DNA of 64,000 bases from an uncultured virus (IMG/VR IMGVR_UViG_3300010347_003641) (lineage: Duplodnaviria > Heunggongvirae > Uroviricota > Caudoviricetes). The DNA lies in the IMG/VR virus record IMGVR_UViG_3300010347_003641; one strand, given 5' to 3'. Of the stretch, positions 34,901-40,788 are shown piece by piece. The first letter of the stretch is position 1; each line of letters starts with the position of its first letter. The translations under genes were made by a program, and so were the position numbers. Under the pieces are notes generated by a model. It searched no databases. It was not told the DNA's origin and saw only the letters and a list, made by a program, of their open reading frames with translations.

Positions 34901-37900
34901 TCAGGGCCGGAGACGCAAACCAGTACATTTCCTTCTCGTCCGGAACGCTCTCGATAAAGGCAGCCTCGTTCCTTCTCAGTTCAGGCACCAGCGTGCTTGA
35001 TGCCGCCGCTGCCGATGCAACCACGAAAGCCAATGCGGCACAGAGCGATGCAATAAGCACGGCCTCTGCCGACGCCACTGCGAAGGCAAACGCCGCACAG
35101 TCGAGCGCCGAAGATTATACGGACGCGCAGATAACGACGGTAAACAATTCGATCAACCTGAAGGTATCTAAGAACGACGTAATAAACCAGATCAACATAT
35201 CCACAGAGACTATCAAGCTGCAGGGAAATAAGATAGAACTCGAAGGTGTAAACGGAATAGACATCACCGGAGTCGTGCGCCTCATAAACGGAAACGCGAA
35301 CGGCACGACGATTGACGGCGGGAAGATAACTGCCAGCTCGATAAACTCTTCGCAGATTGCCGCCGAAGCTATAACTGCCACGCATCTCGCTGCCAGCTCT
35401 GTAACTTCAGACAGCATAGTCGCCGGCGCCATAACTACCACGAAGATAGCGGCTGGCTCTGTAACGGCGACAGAACTCGCCGCCAACTCCGTAACTGCCA
35501 ACGCGATAGCCGCCAATGAAATAACGTCTGCCAAGATAGCGGCCGGCGCGATAGAAGCTACACACATAAGCGCCGGAGCGGTAACTGCCAACGCCATATC
35601 TGCAGCAACTATAACTGGCGACAAGATAGCCGGAACCACGATAACAGGAAGCAATCTGGTCGCCGGGACCATCACTGGCAACGAAATAGCCGCAGGCACG
35701 ATCACAGCGTCGAACATAGCGGCCTCAACGATAACCGGTTCGCAAATCGTTGCCGGTACCATAGACACGGCGCACATAAAAGCGTCGGCAATAACATCGT
35801 CTCTCATATCTTCAAGCGCCATAACTGCCGACAAGATAAGCGCCAGCGCCGTAACGACAAGCAAGATAGCCTCCAGCGCGATCACCACCGACCAGTTGGC
35901 CGCCGGTGCTGTTACTGCAGCAAAGATACTAGCAGGCACCATAGAGGGCAGCAACATAAAGGCTGGAACAATATCAAGCGGAAACATAGCAGCAGGAGCT
36001 ATAACCGCCACTCTTCTCGCAACCGACGCCGTTACCGCCGCAAAGATACAGGCCGGTGCGGTCGGAGCCGACGAAATAGCCGCCAATGCCGTTACAGCAG
36101 CAAAGATCGCTGCCAGTGCGATAACAGCGACTCATATAGCAACCGGTGCCATAGAAAGCGGCCATATAAAAGCCGGCGCGATAGAGACCGGACACATAGA
36201 GGCCGGCGCCATAACCACCGCCCTCCTCGCAGCAAACGCAGTTACAGCAACGAACATTCAGGCCGGAGCTGTAACCGTCGATAAACTGGCCGCCAACGCA
36301 GTTACAGCAGACAAGATTGCAGCGAATGCGGTTACGGCCAGCGAGATAGCCACCGGTGCAGTAACGGCCGCGAAAATTTCCGTCTCCGAATTGTCAGCCA
36401 TAGCTTCGGACATAGGAACCGTAACGGCCGGTATCATAAGGAGTTCTGACAGCTCGACCTATTTCGACCTCGACTCAAAGACGTTTGCGCTCGGCACCAA
36501 GCTCACGTACAACCCAACCTCCGGCCTCGTGATAGACGGAAAGTTGACAACAGGCGACGGGAGCATTGCCGGTTGGACGATAGGGTCGAGCTCTCTGTCG
36601 AAAGACAGTTTGACTATTAACTCTTCGACGCCATACATAGGACTAGGCGCAATCGTTTACGGCGGAGCTGGCATTTGGCTCGGAAAGAACACGACATCAT
36701 GGAAAATGAGCCTGTACAACGACGCCAACAATTACTTCCGCTGGGACGGCTCTAAGGTGGAGCTGAAGACCGCCTTCTTCGGGATAGACGCGGCTGGCGG
36801 AATGAACGCGACTTCAGGCAACATAGCCGGCTGGACCATAGGCGAGAACAACCTATCGTCGGCAAATCTAAAGTTCTCTTCGAACCCGACTTCCGAATAC
36901 GTTGCGCTGTGCGCCGAGGATTTCGGATACAACGGCGTGTGGTTCGGCACGTCAGATTACTTCTCATTTGTCCCGAAGATGACGTCGAACACTACACCTT
37001 ATTGCACGATAAGCAGCAACAATTCGTCTGTCGATGCGTTCAAGGCCTTCGACGGCTCGCTGTATTCGTATGTCGAAATAACGCACAACAGCGCAGAGAC
37101 GTGGCTGAAGGCGGATCTCGGCAGCGGAAACAGCGAAACGCTCAGAAGGTATAGAATATACTGCCCGTCGGAAACGCCATATACGTTCGGAGACCCGGAA
37201 AGCGACACGATGTTCAGCCCGAAGGCATGGGCTGTCTATGGTAGTGCCGACGGAACCAACTGGACGCTCCTCGATTCGAGAAGCGTAACCTACCCATGGG
37301 GCGGCTGGTCTGCGTATTACACGATATCCTCGCCAAGCGCATTCAGATATCACAGGATAAGTTTCACTTCTTATTCGAACGCGACTAGCATAAGAGTGTC
37401 CTCGATAGAATTCCAGACCACGTGGGGCGGCAAGATACACAAGCCGCTGACCAGTAACTCTGCGCCGGCTCCTTTCGCGGTCGTTAGCAGCCCTTCGACG
37501 ACTACCGCTTACAGGATATTCGACGGTAGCAGCTCGACGTACTGGAACAGGTCTTCACCGAGCGGCGAGACGTGGATACGCCTGTTCACTTCTTACCTCA
37601 TGAAGGGTATAGACAGGTACAGGATAGTCGCGCACGGGACCAATGCGACGTATTCTCCGCGTTCGTGGAAGCTGCAGGGAAGCAACGACATAGTAACCTG
37701 GGTTGATCTGCACACGGTCTCCGGACGCGCCGGCTGGACAGGCCCGTCGGAATTCTTCTACACCGACTGCAAAGCCGCGTTCCCGTATTACAGAATCCTC
37801 ATCAGCGAGTACAACAGCTCTTCGTACGTTTACATATACGAGCTTGAATTGTACGAGGTTAAGAACCACAAGTTCAGCCTTATAGGAAGAGACAAGTTCA

Positions 37901-38541
37901 AGAACCAGGACAACTACCTCGTGTGGGACGACGGACTCCAGTTGAAAGGAAACGTCTTCGTCGGGGCCGGCGAGAACGCAATAACTTTCGAAGATTCGAA
38001 GATAGATCTGGTTGACGGCACTTCCTCCGCGTCTAACGGCTGGACTACGTTCAGGCAGAAGCCGAAAGACACCGACATAGTAAGCCTCGGGTACATGAAC
38101 GAACAGACGAAAATATCGAGCCTGTTCATAGTAGAGTCGGAGTTCAAATCCGGAGCACAGACACTCGGAAGCGCATACTTGCAGACCGAAGCCGTTTCCT
38201 TCGACGGAACGAACCAGGATTACGTAACTCTGCGGTTTGGCTCGGAAGGCGTCGAGAAGACCATAACTTACACCAAAGGGTTTTTCGACTTCCACGGAGA
38301 CGGATTCACATTCGACTCGTACGTAAAATCGCCTATTCCCACGTGGGTCGGCACGGCGACTTCCGCGACTTTCAAATACCCGAACTCGTCTAGTTGGACC
38401 AATGCCGAGAATTGCCCATTCTCGAACATATGGTTCTGGTACAAATCTAGCGGTACTCCAAACAGAGTTATGTACATACGCAATTCTTACAACGGCGCCA
38501 GCACAGTGTATTGGGTGGCCTTGACAGAAAAGGTACTTTAA
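19936..38541 (+). CDS. Giant modular tail fibre / receptor-binding protein (6201 aa)
   Basis: HxH motifs at the N-terminus, GPQ collagen triplets, antireceptor/PblB-like repeats, repeated beta-sandwich pairs, carbohydrate-binding-like inserts, Gp58-like shaft modules, a decamer repeat tract, and two F5/8 discoidin-like domains near the C-terminus. Confidence 0.9.
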   Translation: MASIFDVAGEEILLYNALNTKVLTFKNANGDLVIRSGATPEIAKTLLVITKDGIVLDGNDVAFKDYVDSVVGAIQIGTVKQSVASHTSLQTLTDNVNGDMRFAEDTAKLYRYDSSATGGDIQCNEGGYWVAMFSAPQQHNTLQGIQGGSSANSEYFHLSQNERSNLLTHIVSTNNPHSVTLEQLGAASSSHEHKFGVKVGTANKDFTIGKNLSTPYVTFVPQGSATVELDSQGNVLIGFTQTETIYTAGSGITISPDKVIAIKYASSGSYLGTGEAVARHDHEHTGSQIHGAVASAVNADTVDNKHASEFALSSHSHYNYFQKGDDSASKITLGSGGTLKLYFNDFTSTFDNTGKSITLTLDGTKVVKSVNGKKGDVTLAFSDITGTLPTHTHSGGDITSKVASSSYADNAGLVNNFSVGQNLLTTSDVNFKTVATTGNVTAGGSVAGVNITASGTLSGSTVNANTSSSLASATASQLTASGDIKTTSGSLVFGKSKLLSARNRLEIMSSSDDTKIAVGYLGGIDGRALDSTDFGIWFGAGNAIVIDNGTASQFNGDWIVQHDANVSLVDSGGNEVIRLGTTASELGLFLKNSAGTVLSKFTSGGAYFGNNVCILADGSGQLTDGITWTQAGELTVNAAKVIGTLSAAKVKAEDVLTGILAAGNANVRLNLGQNNIAVEKYSTSWAPVARFGEYDSNKYGLWAIEGNIGGWSVNSSSLSNGNISLDSALDKIAVGTKINLFGNATSTIGSIAVDVSGNVTIGNTAVFNANNTATISGWKLLTDRFESTSGKTKLYANGKLALTDGTNEKIRMFIDASKGPTLELVGAMKFDSDGLVFNGGTIKWATLDDASKSNISSYSVIFSSTNGFAVLKNSDTGVYTPSSVTITATVYRDYDGTAASVASHDWKDTSTNQTVSSSSSLTINPSSISMGANKTYAYTAILSNGRTVASALVLSYSATGTSGLPGADAIHAYVEPAAIAITKFSNGTLSSTNASATARLFKGTTEVSGAATISWSKIGDVSFSQSGQTLNLTYDWDGVDSKVGVYRATILYNPGSGQQTYYASVPVSVADHGVAGDPAVTATIEPQGVIVRKDRFGSFDGNKTLTARLFVGGTEVTPDSIQWKKNGSNISGASASTYTVVASDSCAAVYSCAMSYGGHYYTTSTIVNLVVDGPQGPQGIQGVQGAAGTSSYFHVRYSVNSDGNPMQTTPAKYIGTAVTNSMTAPATPSEYSWVQLEGSQGPQGEQGIAGTDGANGQTSYLHIKYSDNGSSFTAGNGETPGTWIGQYVDFNPADSATFGDYTWTKIEGPQGPAGENAVVYWIEAERNTVVYNPNTGIYTGNPITLKCMKRVGNGTAVEQSAYWKVAGAWHSATPSTSISISPTSTTSIAAALAYNASDSECIDFLTINVVSEGSDSYSIILSNEHQTVSANSDGSSPSPSSVSTSVLLYRGSMQISDFWIGASSGTVNQTTKTVTLSIPTSSTSSGSSTITVKTSETGTTIGTKSFTWSKSLRGIEGQQGPQGQSTVVGILSNVSHTVPTDPNGNSGNFSGCETTMSVFVGTADDSANWSYSKTQSAGVTCTLVGRTVTVSAMTSDTGYVDITASKNGYPSITNRFTITKSKQGVTGATGQAGQNATAYWLVSSTAAISKNRDGVYTPSNITVNGKSATGTSAPTSYSGRFKIYETSDGTNWVSTYTSSANEASKTYTPTAGIKAVKVSLYLAGGTTTLLDEETIPIVEDGPVGPQGVQGVQGIAGTSSYFHVKYSANANGNPMSDTPNTYIGTAVTNSHTPPDVYSDYTWSRFEGAQGLKGDQGIPGTNGENGQTSYLHIKYSDDGSSFTAGNGETPGKWIGQYVDFNPADSLTFSDYSWAKIEGPTGQTGATGPQGSPALTSFLTNDSHIVPTDANGNNGVYTGCSTTMNVLVGTTDDSANWSYSISSSTGVSASLSGRTVTVTNMTSDSGYVDITATKSGYPSLVCRFAISKSKQGTAGANATSYWLVSSAGAIKKALDGTLTPSSISVSAKSATGTSAPVSYSGRFIIAEYNGSAWTDKYTSASNEATKAYTPTASATAIRVRLYLAGGATNMLDEETIPVINDGPQGPIGQTGAQGQSGQSAIISFLSNSSHLVPTDRDGNNGAFDGCETTMSVFIGTTDDSENWAYVATPSSGVTASISGRTATVTGMSVDTGYVDITASKAGYQSLISRFNIAKAKQGVQGAAGQNATSYWLISDANAIKKALDGTFSPSSIALSSKSKTGTSSPVAYSGRFIIAEYDGSTWTDKYTSSANESSKTYATSATAKIVRARLYLAGGTTNLIDEQLIPIVEDGPAGPQGPTGQTGAQGPQGSPALMAVLSNDSHIVPTDQNGNNGVYTGCSTTMSVFVGTSDDSINWTFTRTNSAGVTSSIAGNVVTVSAMSVDTGYVDITASKTGYPSLTCRFTVTKSKQGITGATGSAGTNGIDATAYWLVTDVSAIKRTIAGAYVPSTLTVSAKSATGAGSPAAYAGRFIIAETSNGSTWTNKYTSSSNESSKSYTPSAGIKAVRVRLYLAGGTANLLDEEIVPVVDDGPQGPTGPQGIQGPTGPSGTSSYFHVRYSPNADGSQMQTTPSTYIGTVVTNNPSAPSDYTQYSWVRLEGVQGPQGEQGIAGTNGLNGQTSYLHIKYSDNGTSFTANGGETPGKWIGQYVDFSPADSTTFSNYTWTKIEGPQGPTGQTGAQGPQGTPALTALLTNDSHIVPTDKDGNYGNYTGCATSAKVFSGATEDTANWTFSKVDSTGVTSAISSNTVTVSNMTVDAGYVDITAARSGYPSLTCRFTISKSKQGITGQAGQDATSYWLVSDAPAVKKNLAGSYMPASINVSAKSQTGTSTPAAYAGRFIIAETTDGTTWTNKYTSSANEASKAYTPSASIKSIRVRLYLAGGTTTLLDEEVIPIVEDGPVGPQGPQGQQGIQGPQGPVGSSGLNFSEAKMLFTDPTFQSGENGMSVYNNSANGLVTLARVSRVSDSPYTDSGHNIKIANTGTASPGLGGFYHPINSRANAVFVQRIVAKIPVGYSIEQATNPIGTDATNTWITSKAGTGRFEEYILVRRCGSTGTFSSSGHIYIAGSPLGTPESPVEWIIAYATVYDFTAIGFANITAVLSNESHTVPTDSAGNNGNFANAATTMTIFNGASDDSSNWTVTANASNVTGSLSGKTYTVAGMSADSGYVDLTASRSGYPSVTKRFTLTKSKQGITGSTGAAATAYWLTRSAAAIKEALDGSFTPVSITFTLKSKTGTSDPIDYAGRFIIARSTDGSTFTNVYTSSTNQSSYAYAIPAGTKSLRVRGYLAGGTTTLLDEEIIPVVKDGPVGPQGPQGAQGIQGVQGIAGTSSYFHVRYSANANGNPMTTTPDTYIGTAVTNSPTAPSDYSEYVWSQFEGSQGPQGLQGIQGPKGDNGLTSYLHIKYSDNGTSFTANNGETPGKWIGQYVDFSPTDSTTFSNYTWTKIEGPQGPQGIQGVQGIAGTSSYFHVRYSANSNGNPMTTTPNTYIGTAVTQSPTSPDSYTEYTWSRFEGLQGPQGIQGIAGTNGANGLTSYLHIKYSDNGTSFTANNGETPGKWIGQYVDFNSVDSTTFNDYAWTKIEGPQGVQGPQGIQGPQGEAGYNAYTVSIKTDNGQLFKASEYGTVVGHNTITLSLDLVNINPVSYQWKKKVGGSETIVGTSNQLVVNFADVLTSAVYSCTVTGTANGQSVSVSDATTLSRVYDGSGAYSVVLSNDHHAIPTDSEGNYGVYSGAETTVRLFRGITEVATGEFSISKNLTSSSDVTSSFNNTTKKVSVSSMTVDNGWVDIDVTVGGSVVCTKRFSLSKSKQGAPGISATNTTLLNWSGNVAWATSTTMANASTWTFDNVPADVTNVEIWVKATDPEGTTHVALNGTDLGIMDINDYHLPDNSTAWFKFFASNVLPGSNQNTISIWSTTSDGGTILEIKVYPTGLRGEQGQTGAAAIAYFATATPDVVVFDPNAGTFSASAINLKCFKVVGNAAPVAQSASFYYTDATGTAASVAGSNVNVTWGSAAGNINNTTTFTAKVGGIEVDAVTVSRIASGTNTYSAVLSNEAVIVATDKDGLNPNPSSAETIITVYKGTSPLTLTALSASGTGCTATANLSLSKVTISSFTADSGYAQITITADGKTFTKYFRFAKSRQGATGISGTNAKYPAVEITGDINSVYNGSTYSPVSVTLAPKIFEGVNTLSGVSFDWSYVNGSYTVVSGSDATTPLTINFSDIKRPQPETVTTVKLVIKHGTLSFVYNVNLTVKDTRYDWLRTWTNSTLIGTDKIATPDLFAGTNSAGSLTGVRINIEGVKGLKNNVATFNLDTAGNLTVGNDTNYMKFTSADGKVKIRATEFLLATGTNILDAASADAQTRASTAQSNAISTAAADATTKASAAQNNAISTAAADATTKANAAEDNANAYTSAEIALVNNTITLKTSASNLVSEINLAPAGVTISGDKINIVGLLNAINSDGSVTTISGNKITTGTITAAHMNVSSLSSMTVNAGTITAGLLKDAASITQFDVTNGLIRLGTMTAGKDVGGTGIHGINIDSNNYWYQNAKFRVGNSTDYLYFDGTSLKIYASEFKGTFKTTANVDVGATLTDHGTRITATENEVSLNVVKKGSIIASVNASSEGVAISANKINISGVVTAINGGTTTIDGSKITTGTVTAKQLQVGSNGNLVPDPLFENFSDYWSGSSCEVIDDTTFPGASGSRPVRVLKITTAAEASATLKYKVPVNPKSIYKFTLWFWSDNATIGTRYFGTYGYDRSGANTGVLNENGTVNTNPYFWNGDIPANTWVEKVGYLLPESLRGKGLFSGSPKFYMPSEMQYATMRFLNYYNGGTAVENRFAMPVIEEISTTIDGYTITTGKIQNAAGSSYFNLNDGTFVLGTDKLVWNGTTLSVKGSGEFSGTITATGGSITGNMNVTSTLTANNAKFGKNVTSGNHGLLLNANNYWYDSGTFRAGDANQYISFSSGTLSIKAASFLLSSGTSVLDAAAADATTKANAAQSDAISTASADATAKANAAQSSAEDYTDAQITTVNNSINLKVSKNDVINQINISTETIKLQGNKIELEGVNGIDITGVVRLINGNANGTTIDGGKITASSINSSQIAAEAITATHLAASSVTSDSIVAGAITTTKIAAGSVTATELAANSVTANAIAANEITSAKIAAGAIEATHISAGAVTANAISAATITGDKIAGTTITGSNLVAGTITGNEIAAGTITASNIAASTITGSQIVAGTIDTAHIKASAITSSLISSSAITADKISASAVTTSKIASSAITTDQLAAGAVTAAKILAGTIEGSNIKAGTISSGNIAAGAITATLLATDAVTAAKIQAGAVGADEIAANAVTAAKIAASAITATHIATGAIESGHIKAGAIETGHIEAGAITTALLAANAVTATNIQAGAVTVDKLAANAVTADKIAANAVTASEIATGAVTAAKISVSELSAIASDIGTVTAGIIRSSDSSTYFDLDSKTFALGTKLTYNPTSGLVIDGKLTTGDGSIAGWTIGSSSLSKDSLTINSSTPYIGLGAIVYGGAGIWLGKNTTSWKMSLYNDANNYFRWDGSKVELKTAFFGIDAAGGMNATSGNIAGWTIGENNLSSANLKFSSNPTSEYVALCAEDFGYNGVWFGTSDYFSFVPKMTSNTTPYCTISSNNSSVDAFKAFDGSLYSYVEITHNSAETWLKADLGSGNSETLRRYRIYCPSETPYTFGDPESDTMFSPKAWAVYGSADGTNWTLLDSRSVTYPWGGWSAYYTISSPSAFRYHRISFTSYSNATSIRVSSIEFQTTWGGKIHKPLTSNSAPAPFAVVSSPSTTTAYRIFDGSSSTYWNRSSPSGETWIRLFTSYLMKGIDRYRIVAHGTNATYSPRSWKLQGSNDIVTWVDLHTVSGRAGWTGPSEFFYTDCKAAFPYYRILISEYNSSSYVYIYELELYEVKNHKFSLIGRDKFKNQDNYLVWDDGLQLKGNVFVGAGENAITFEDSKIDLVDGTSSASNGWTTFRQKPKDTDIVSLGYMNEQTKISSLFIVESEFKSGAQTLGSAYLQTEAVSFDGTNQDYVTLRFGSEGVEKTITYTKGFFDFHGDGFTFDSYVKSPIPTWVGTATSATFKYPNSSSWTNAENCPFSNIWFWYKSSGTPNRVMYIRNSYNGASTVYWVALTEKVL
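23449..30840 (+). repeat. Intragenic modular repeats: 5 collagen-flanked units and 6 beta-sandwich pairs
   Basis: YFHV[RK]YS...YLHIKYSD...W[IT]GQYVDF units at about 23449-23880, 25153-25600, 27631-28095, 29959-30385 and 30385-30840. L[ST]NxSH.VPTD / YWL...DEExIP pairs start near 24510, 25610, 26285, 26980, 28100 and 29335. Confidence 0.9.
35329..36378 (+). repeat. 35 uninterrupted 10-aa (30-bp) repeats, consensus AAGA[IV]TAxK[IL]
   Basis: Counted from TASSINSSQI to ATGAVTAAKI: 1050 nt with no register shift. Confidence 0.9.
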
Positions 38542-38553
38542 TCGGAGGGGAAT

Positions 38554-38811
38554 ATGCAAGAGAGAAGTGAAATCGAAAGATTGGAAAAGACTCTTATATC
38601 AACGATGCAGGCGATAGGGTCCGCGAAGAATGCACTCGACAGTTTGTCGGCCCTCGCAGCACCGCAGCTCGAAGCTATACTAAGCGAAATATCCAGCAAG
38701 TTCGTGTATTACGAGGCAGAAATCGACAGGCTCCGCAGAGAGAATGAAGAACTCAGGGGGGCAGGCGCCGGCAATTTAAGCGAATTGCCCCGGGCTAATA
38801 TGGGTTCATAA
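38554..38811 (+). CDS. Small coiled-coil protein, possible fibre assembly factor
   Basis: GGAGG RBS; heptad pattern EAEIDRLRRENEEL; follows the fibre gene. Confidence 0.55.
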   Translation: MQERSEIERLEKTLISTMQAIGSAKNALDSLSALAAPQLEAILSEISSKFVYYEAEIDRLRRENEELRGAGAGNLSELPRANMGS

Positions 38812-38835
38812 GGCAAATGTGGAGGTGAAAGGAAA

Positions 38836-39300
38836 ATGGAAACATACAATAAGACAGAAGCCGAAGTATTACCGGAAGTCGTCGAGACCAATACCGAAAA
38901 AATCCAGCTTAGCCCCGAATACGTTCAGTCGATCACAGGAAGGATCTCCAACATTTTCAGGAAACTCGAACACATAGCGTCTGTCGTCAAACAGGCTTCG
39001 CAGAATTCAGAGAATCCGACGGCGTACGCTATAGTAGGCGGCTTTATCGGCGATCTAGTTACACGCGCAACTTCTGCGCAGTACAAGATCGACACGATCG
39101 CTCAGGACGTCAAAGATGCTTACAACGAGGCTATCGACGAAATCAATACAGTTTTCAGCGATATCTCTCTGAAAGAACAGGGTACGCTAACCAAGCTTCT
39201 TGCGCCTGTTACCGGGCTAGTAGCCTCGCTCGAAAGTCCGGCCGAGTTCGAACTGAAAAAAAAAGAAGTTCAGCAAGCGCCGAAAAGTGAAGAGAAGTAA
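38836..39300 (+). CDS. Helical hypothetical protein
   Basis: GGAGGTG RBS; 154 aa. Confidence 0.6.
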   Translation: METYNKTEAEVLPEVVETNTEKIQLSPEYVQSITGRISNIFRKLEHIASVVKQASQNSENPTAYAIVGGFIGDLVTRATSAQYKIDTIAQDVKDAYNEAIDEINTVFSDISLKEQGTLTKLLAPVTGLVASLESPAEFELKKKEVQQAPKSEEK

Positions 39301-39309
39301 GTGATCCGC

Positions 39310-39609
39310 ATGTCCAACTCCTGCGACAAATACAGAAAAGCGGCGGTAGTTTTCGAAACTGCCGCCACTGCTTTATACCGAATGGCGACGGATAACCCGT
39401 TGCGAACAAAAGTCGAATTCGACGCGCTTGTGTACGCATCGTCAGTGTTGGAAAACGTTTCGGCCGAAATCAACGCAACGGAATTTAACCTGGTTGACGT
39501 AACGGAATATATCTTGAACATGCTCGTGGGTTTTGAAATGCCAAGCTACATAGAGTCGATGGTGGATAACGTGCTACGAGGAGTTTCGAGAGCTATAAGC
39601 AGCCTTTGA
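39310..39609 (+). CDS. Helical hypothetical protein
   Basis: ORF track starts at GTG 39301; ATG 39310 is the likelier start. Confidence 0.5.
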   Translation: MSNSCDKYRKAAVVFETAATALYRMATDNPLRTKVEFDALVYASSVLENVSAEINATEFNLVDVTEYILNMLVGFEMPSYIESMVDNVLRGVSRAISSL

Positions 39610-39630
39610 TATAACCATCTGCACCGTCAA

Positions 39631-39642
39631 GTTATTTCTTTC
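39631..39642 (+). promoter_or_regulatory. Putative late-promoter motif, copy 3 (GTTATTTCTTTC)
   Basis: Preceded by CAA; begins 26 nt before ATG 39657. Confidence 0.6.
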
Positions 39643-39656
39643 AGTGGTGAGGTCAA

Positions 39657-40766
39657 ATGCCAGAAATTACGTTTCCGACGCCAAATGAATTCGATAACTT
39701 GGCGGCATTGGCGAAGGATCTGTGGAAGTACCAGGACAATGGCTCGAAATACGAAATAGGACAGCGGTGGGATCATTTCGCGTGGAGCTTGAACGCCACG
39801 TGGTCCGACGGCTCGAAGATCTACTCGGAGTGGAAGTCCAAAGTGATAGACCTCAACGAGCTTCCGCTTCTAATAACCGCCGTGTGGAATGCGACCATGT
39901 GTCCTGGCGGGAAGATAGACACTGACGATCTTGAAGTCGAGAAGATAAAGATAATAACAGCTGAAACTTGCGGCGGCGCGGTGTCGGCAAAGAAGGCCGT
40001 CAACGACGAAGCCGTTCAGCTCAACTGCTACGAGAATTTTGTCGCCGGGGACAACGCGACGGAGATATTCCTCTCAAACACTCAGACAACAGATCAGGCG
40101 AAGAGGTTTGTGCAGGTCTATATAAGAATGTCATCGACCACAACCAATCAGTCGCCTGTGATGAACGAATTTTCGCTCGAAGTGGTTTACGACCAGACGC
40201 CGCCGAGCATTTACGGATTCGACAACTCGGTGAGGACCACACTCGCCCCTCTTATAACATTCAATGTCCGCGACATTCAATCTGGAGTAAGGAACGATTC
40301 GATCGAAGTCCGCTATTCGACCAACGGCGGCTCCACGTATTCGCAATGGTCCGCTCCGTCCATCCTACCTGACAGTCCTTCCTGGACCACCGCCGAATTG
40401 TTATGTTCGTTCACTCCTACTCTCGTAGAATCTTACACGCAAAACGTTTTTCAGGTTAAGGCGACCGACAAATATGGAAACAGCGATACCGAACAGTTCG
40501 TCGTCAGAGTGGACATAAGCGGTCCTACAATAAATGCCGCTGTATATACCGGGTCGGACAAATCCGTTCCGGTTTCCAACGGCGCGATAGTGAATGACAA
40601 CACTTTGTACGTAGAAGCGCTCGCTTCGGATCTCTCTCAAATAAGCGGCTTCTCGTGGTTTTTAATCGAACCTGGCACGACTAGCGAAGAACCTGACGAC
40701 ACGCTCGATTCGTCCGGAAACACTCTGATAATAGACGAATCGACCTCAATTCCGAATAATACGTAG
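39657..40766 (+). CDS. Ig-like repeat virion protein A (ends in an incomplete Ig repeat)
   Basis: One complete repeat DQTPP...DIQSGV...VKATDKYGN...VDISGP, then a half repeat before the stop codon. Confidence 0.7.
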   Translation: MPEITFPTPNEFDNLAALAKDLWKYQDNGSKYEIGQRWDHFAWSLNATWSDGSKIYSEWKSKVIDLNELPLLITAVWNATMCPGGKIDTDDLEVEKIKIITAETCGGAVSAKKAVNDEAVQLNCYENFVAGDNATEIFLSNTQTTDQAKRFVQVYIRMSSTTTNQSPVMNEFSLEVVYDQTPPSIYGFDNSVRTTLAPLITFNVRDIQSGVRNDSIEVRYSTNGGSTYSQWSAPSILPDSPSWTTAELLCSFTPTLVESYTQNVFQVKATDKYGNSDTEQFVVRVDISGPTINAAVYTGSDKSVPVSNGAIVNDNTLYVEALASDLSQISGFSWFLIEPGTTSEEPDDTLDSSGNTLIIDESTSIPNNT

Positions 40767-40788
40767 TTTACGTGAAGGGAAGATCAAG

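Noticed and set aside
35329..36378. 30-bp periodicity as a CRISPR array
   Set aside because: Degenerate in-frame coding repeats with no invariant repeat/spacer structure and no cas genes.
39255..39303. A9 slippery run and in-frame TAA-GTG junction as a tail-chaperone frameshift or readthrough
   Set aside because: Both shifted frames stop within about 40 nt and do not reach the next ORF. TAA is rarely read through, and ATG 39310 gives an independent start.
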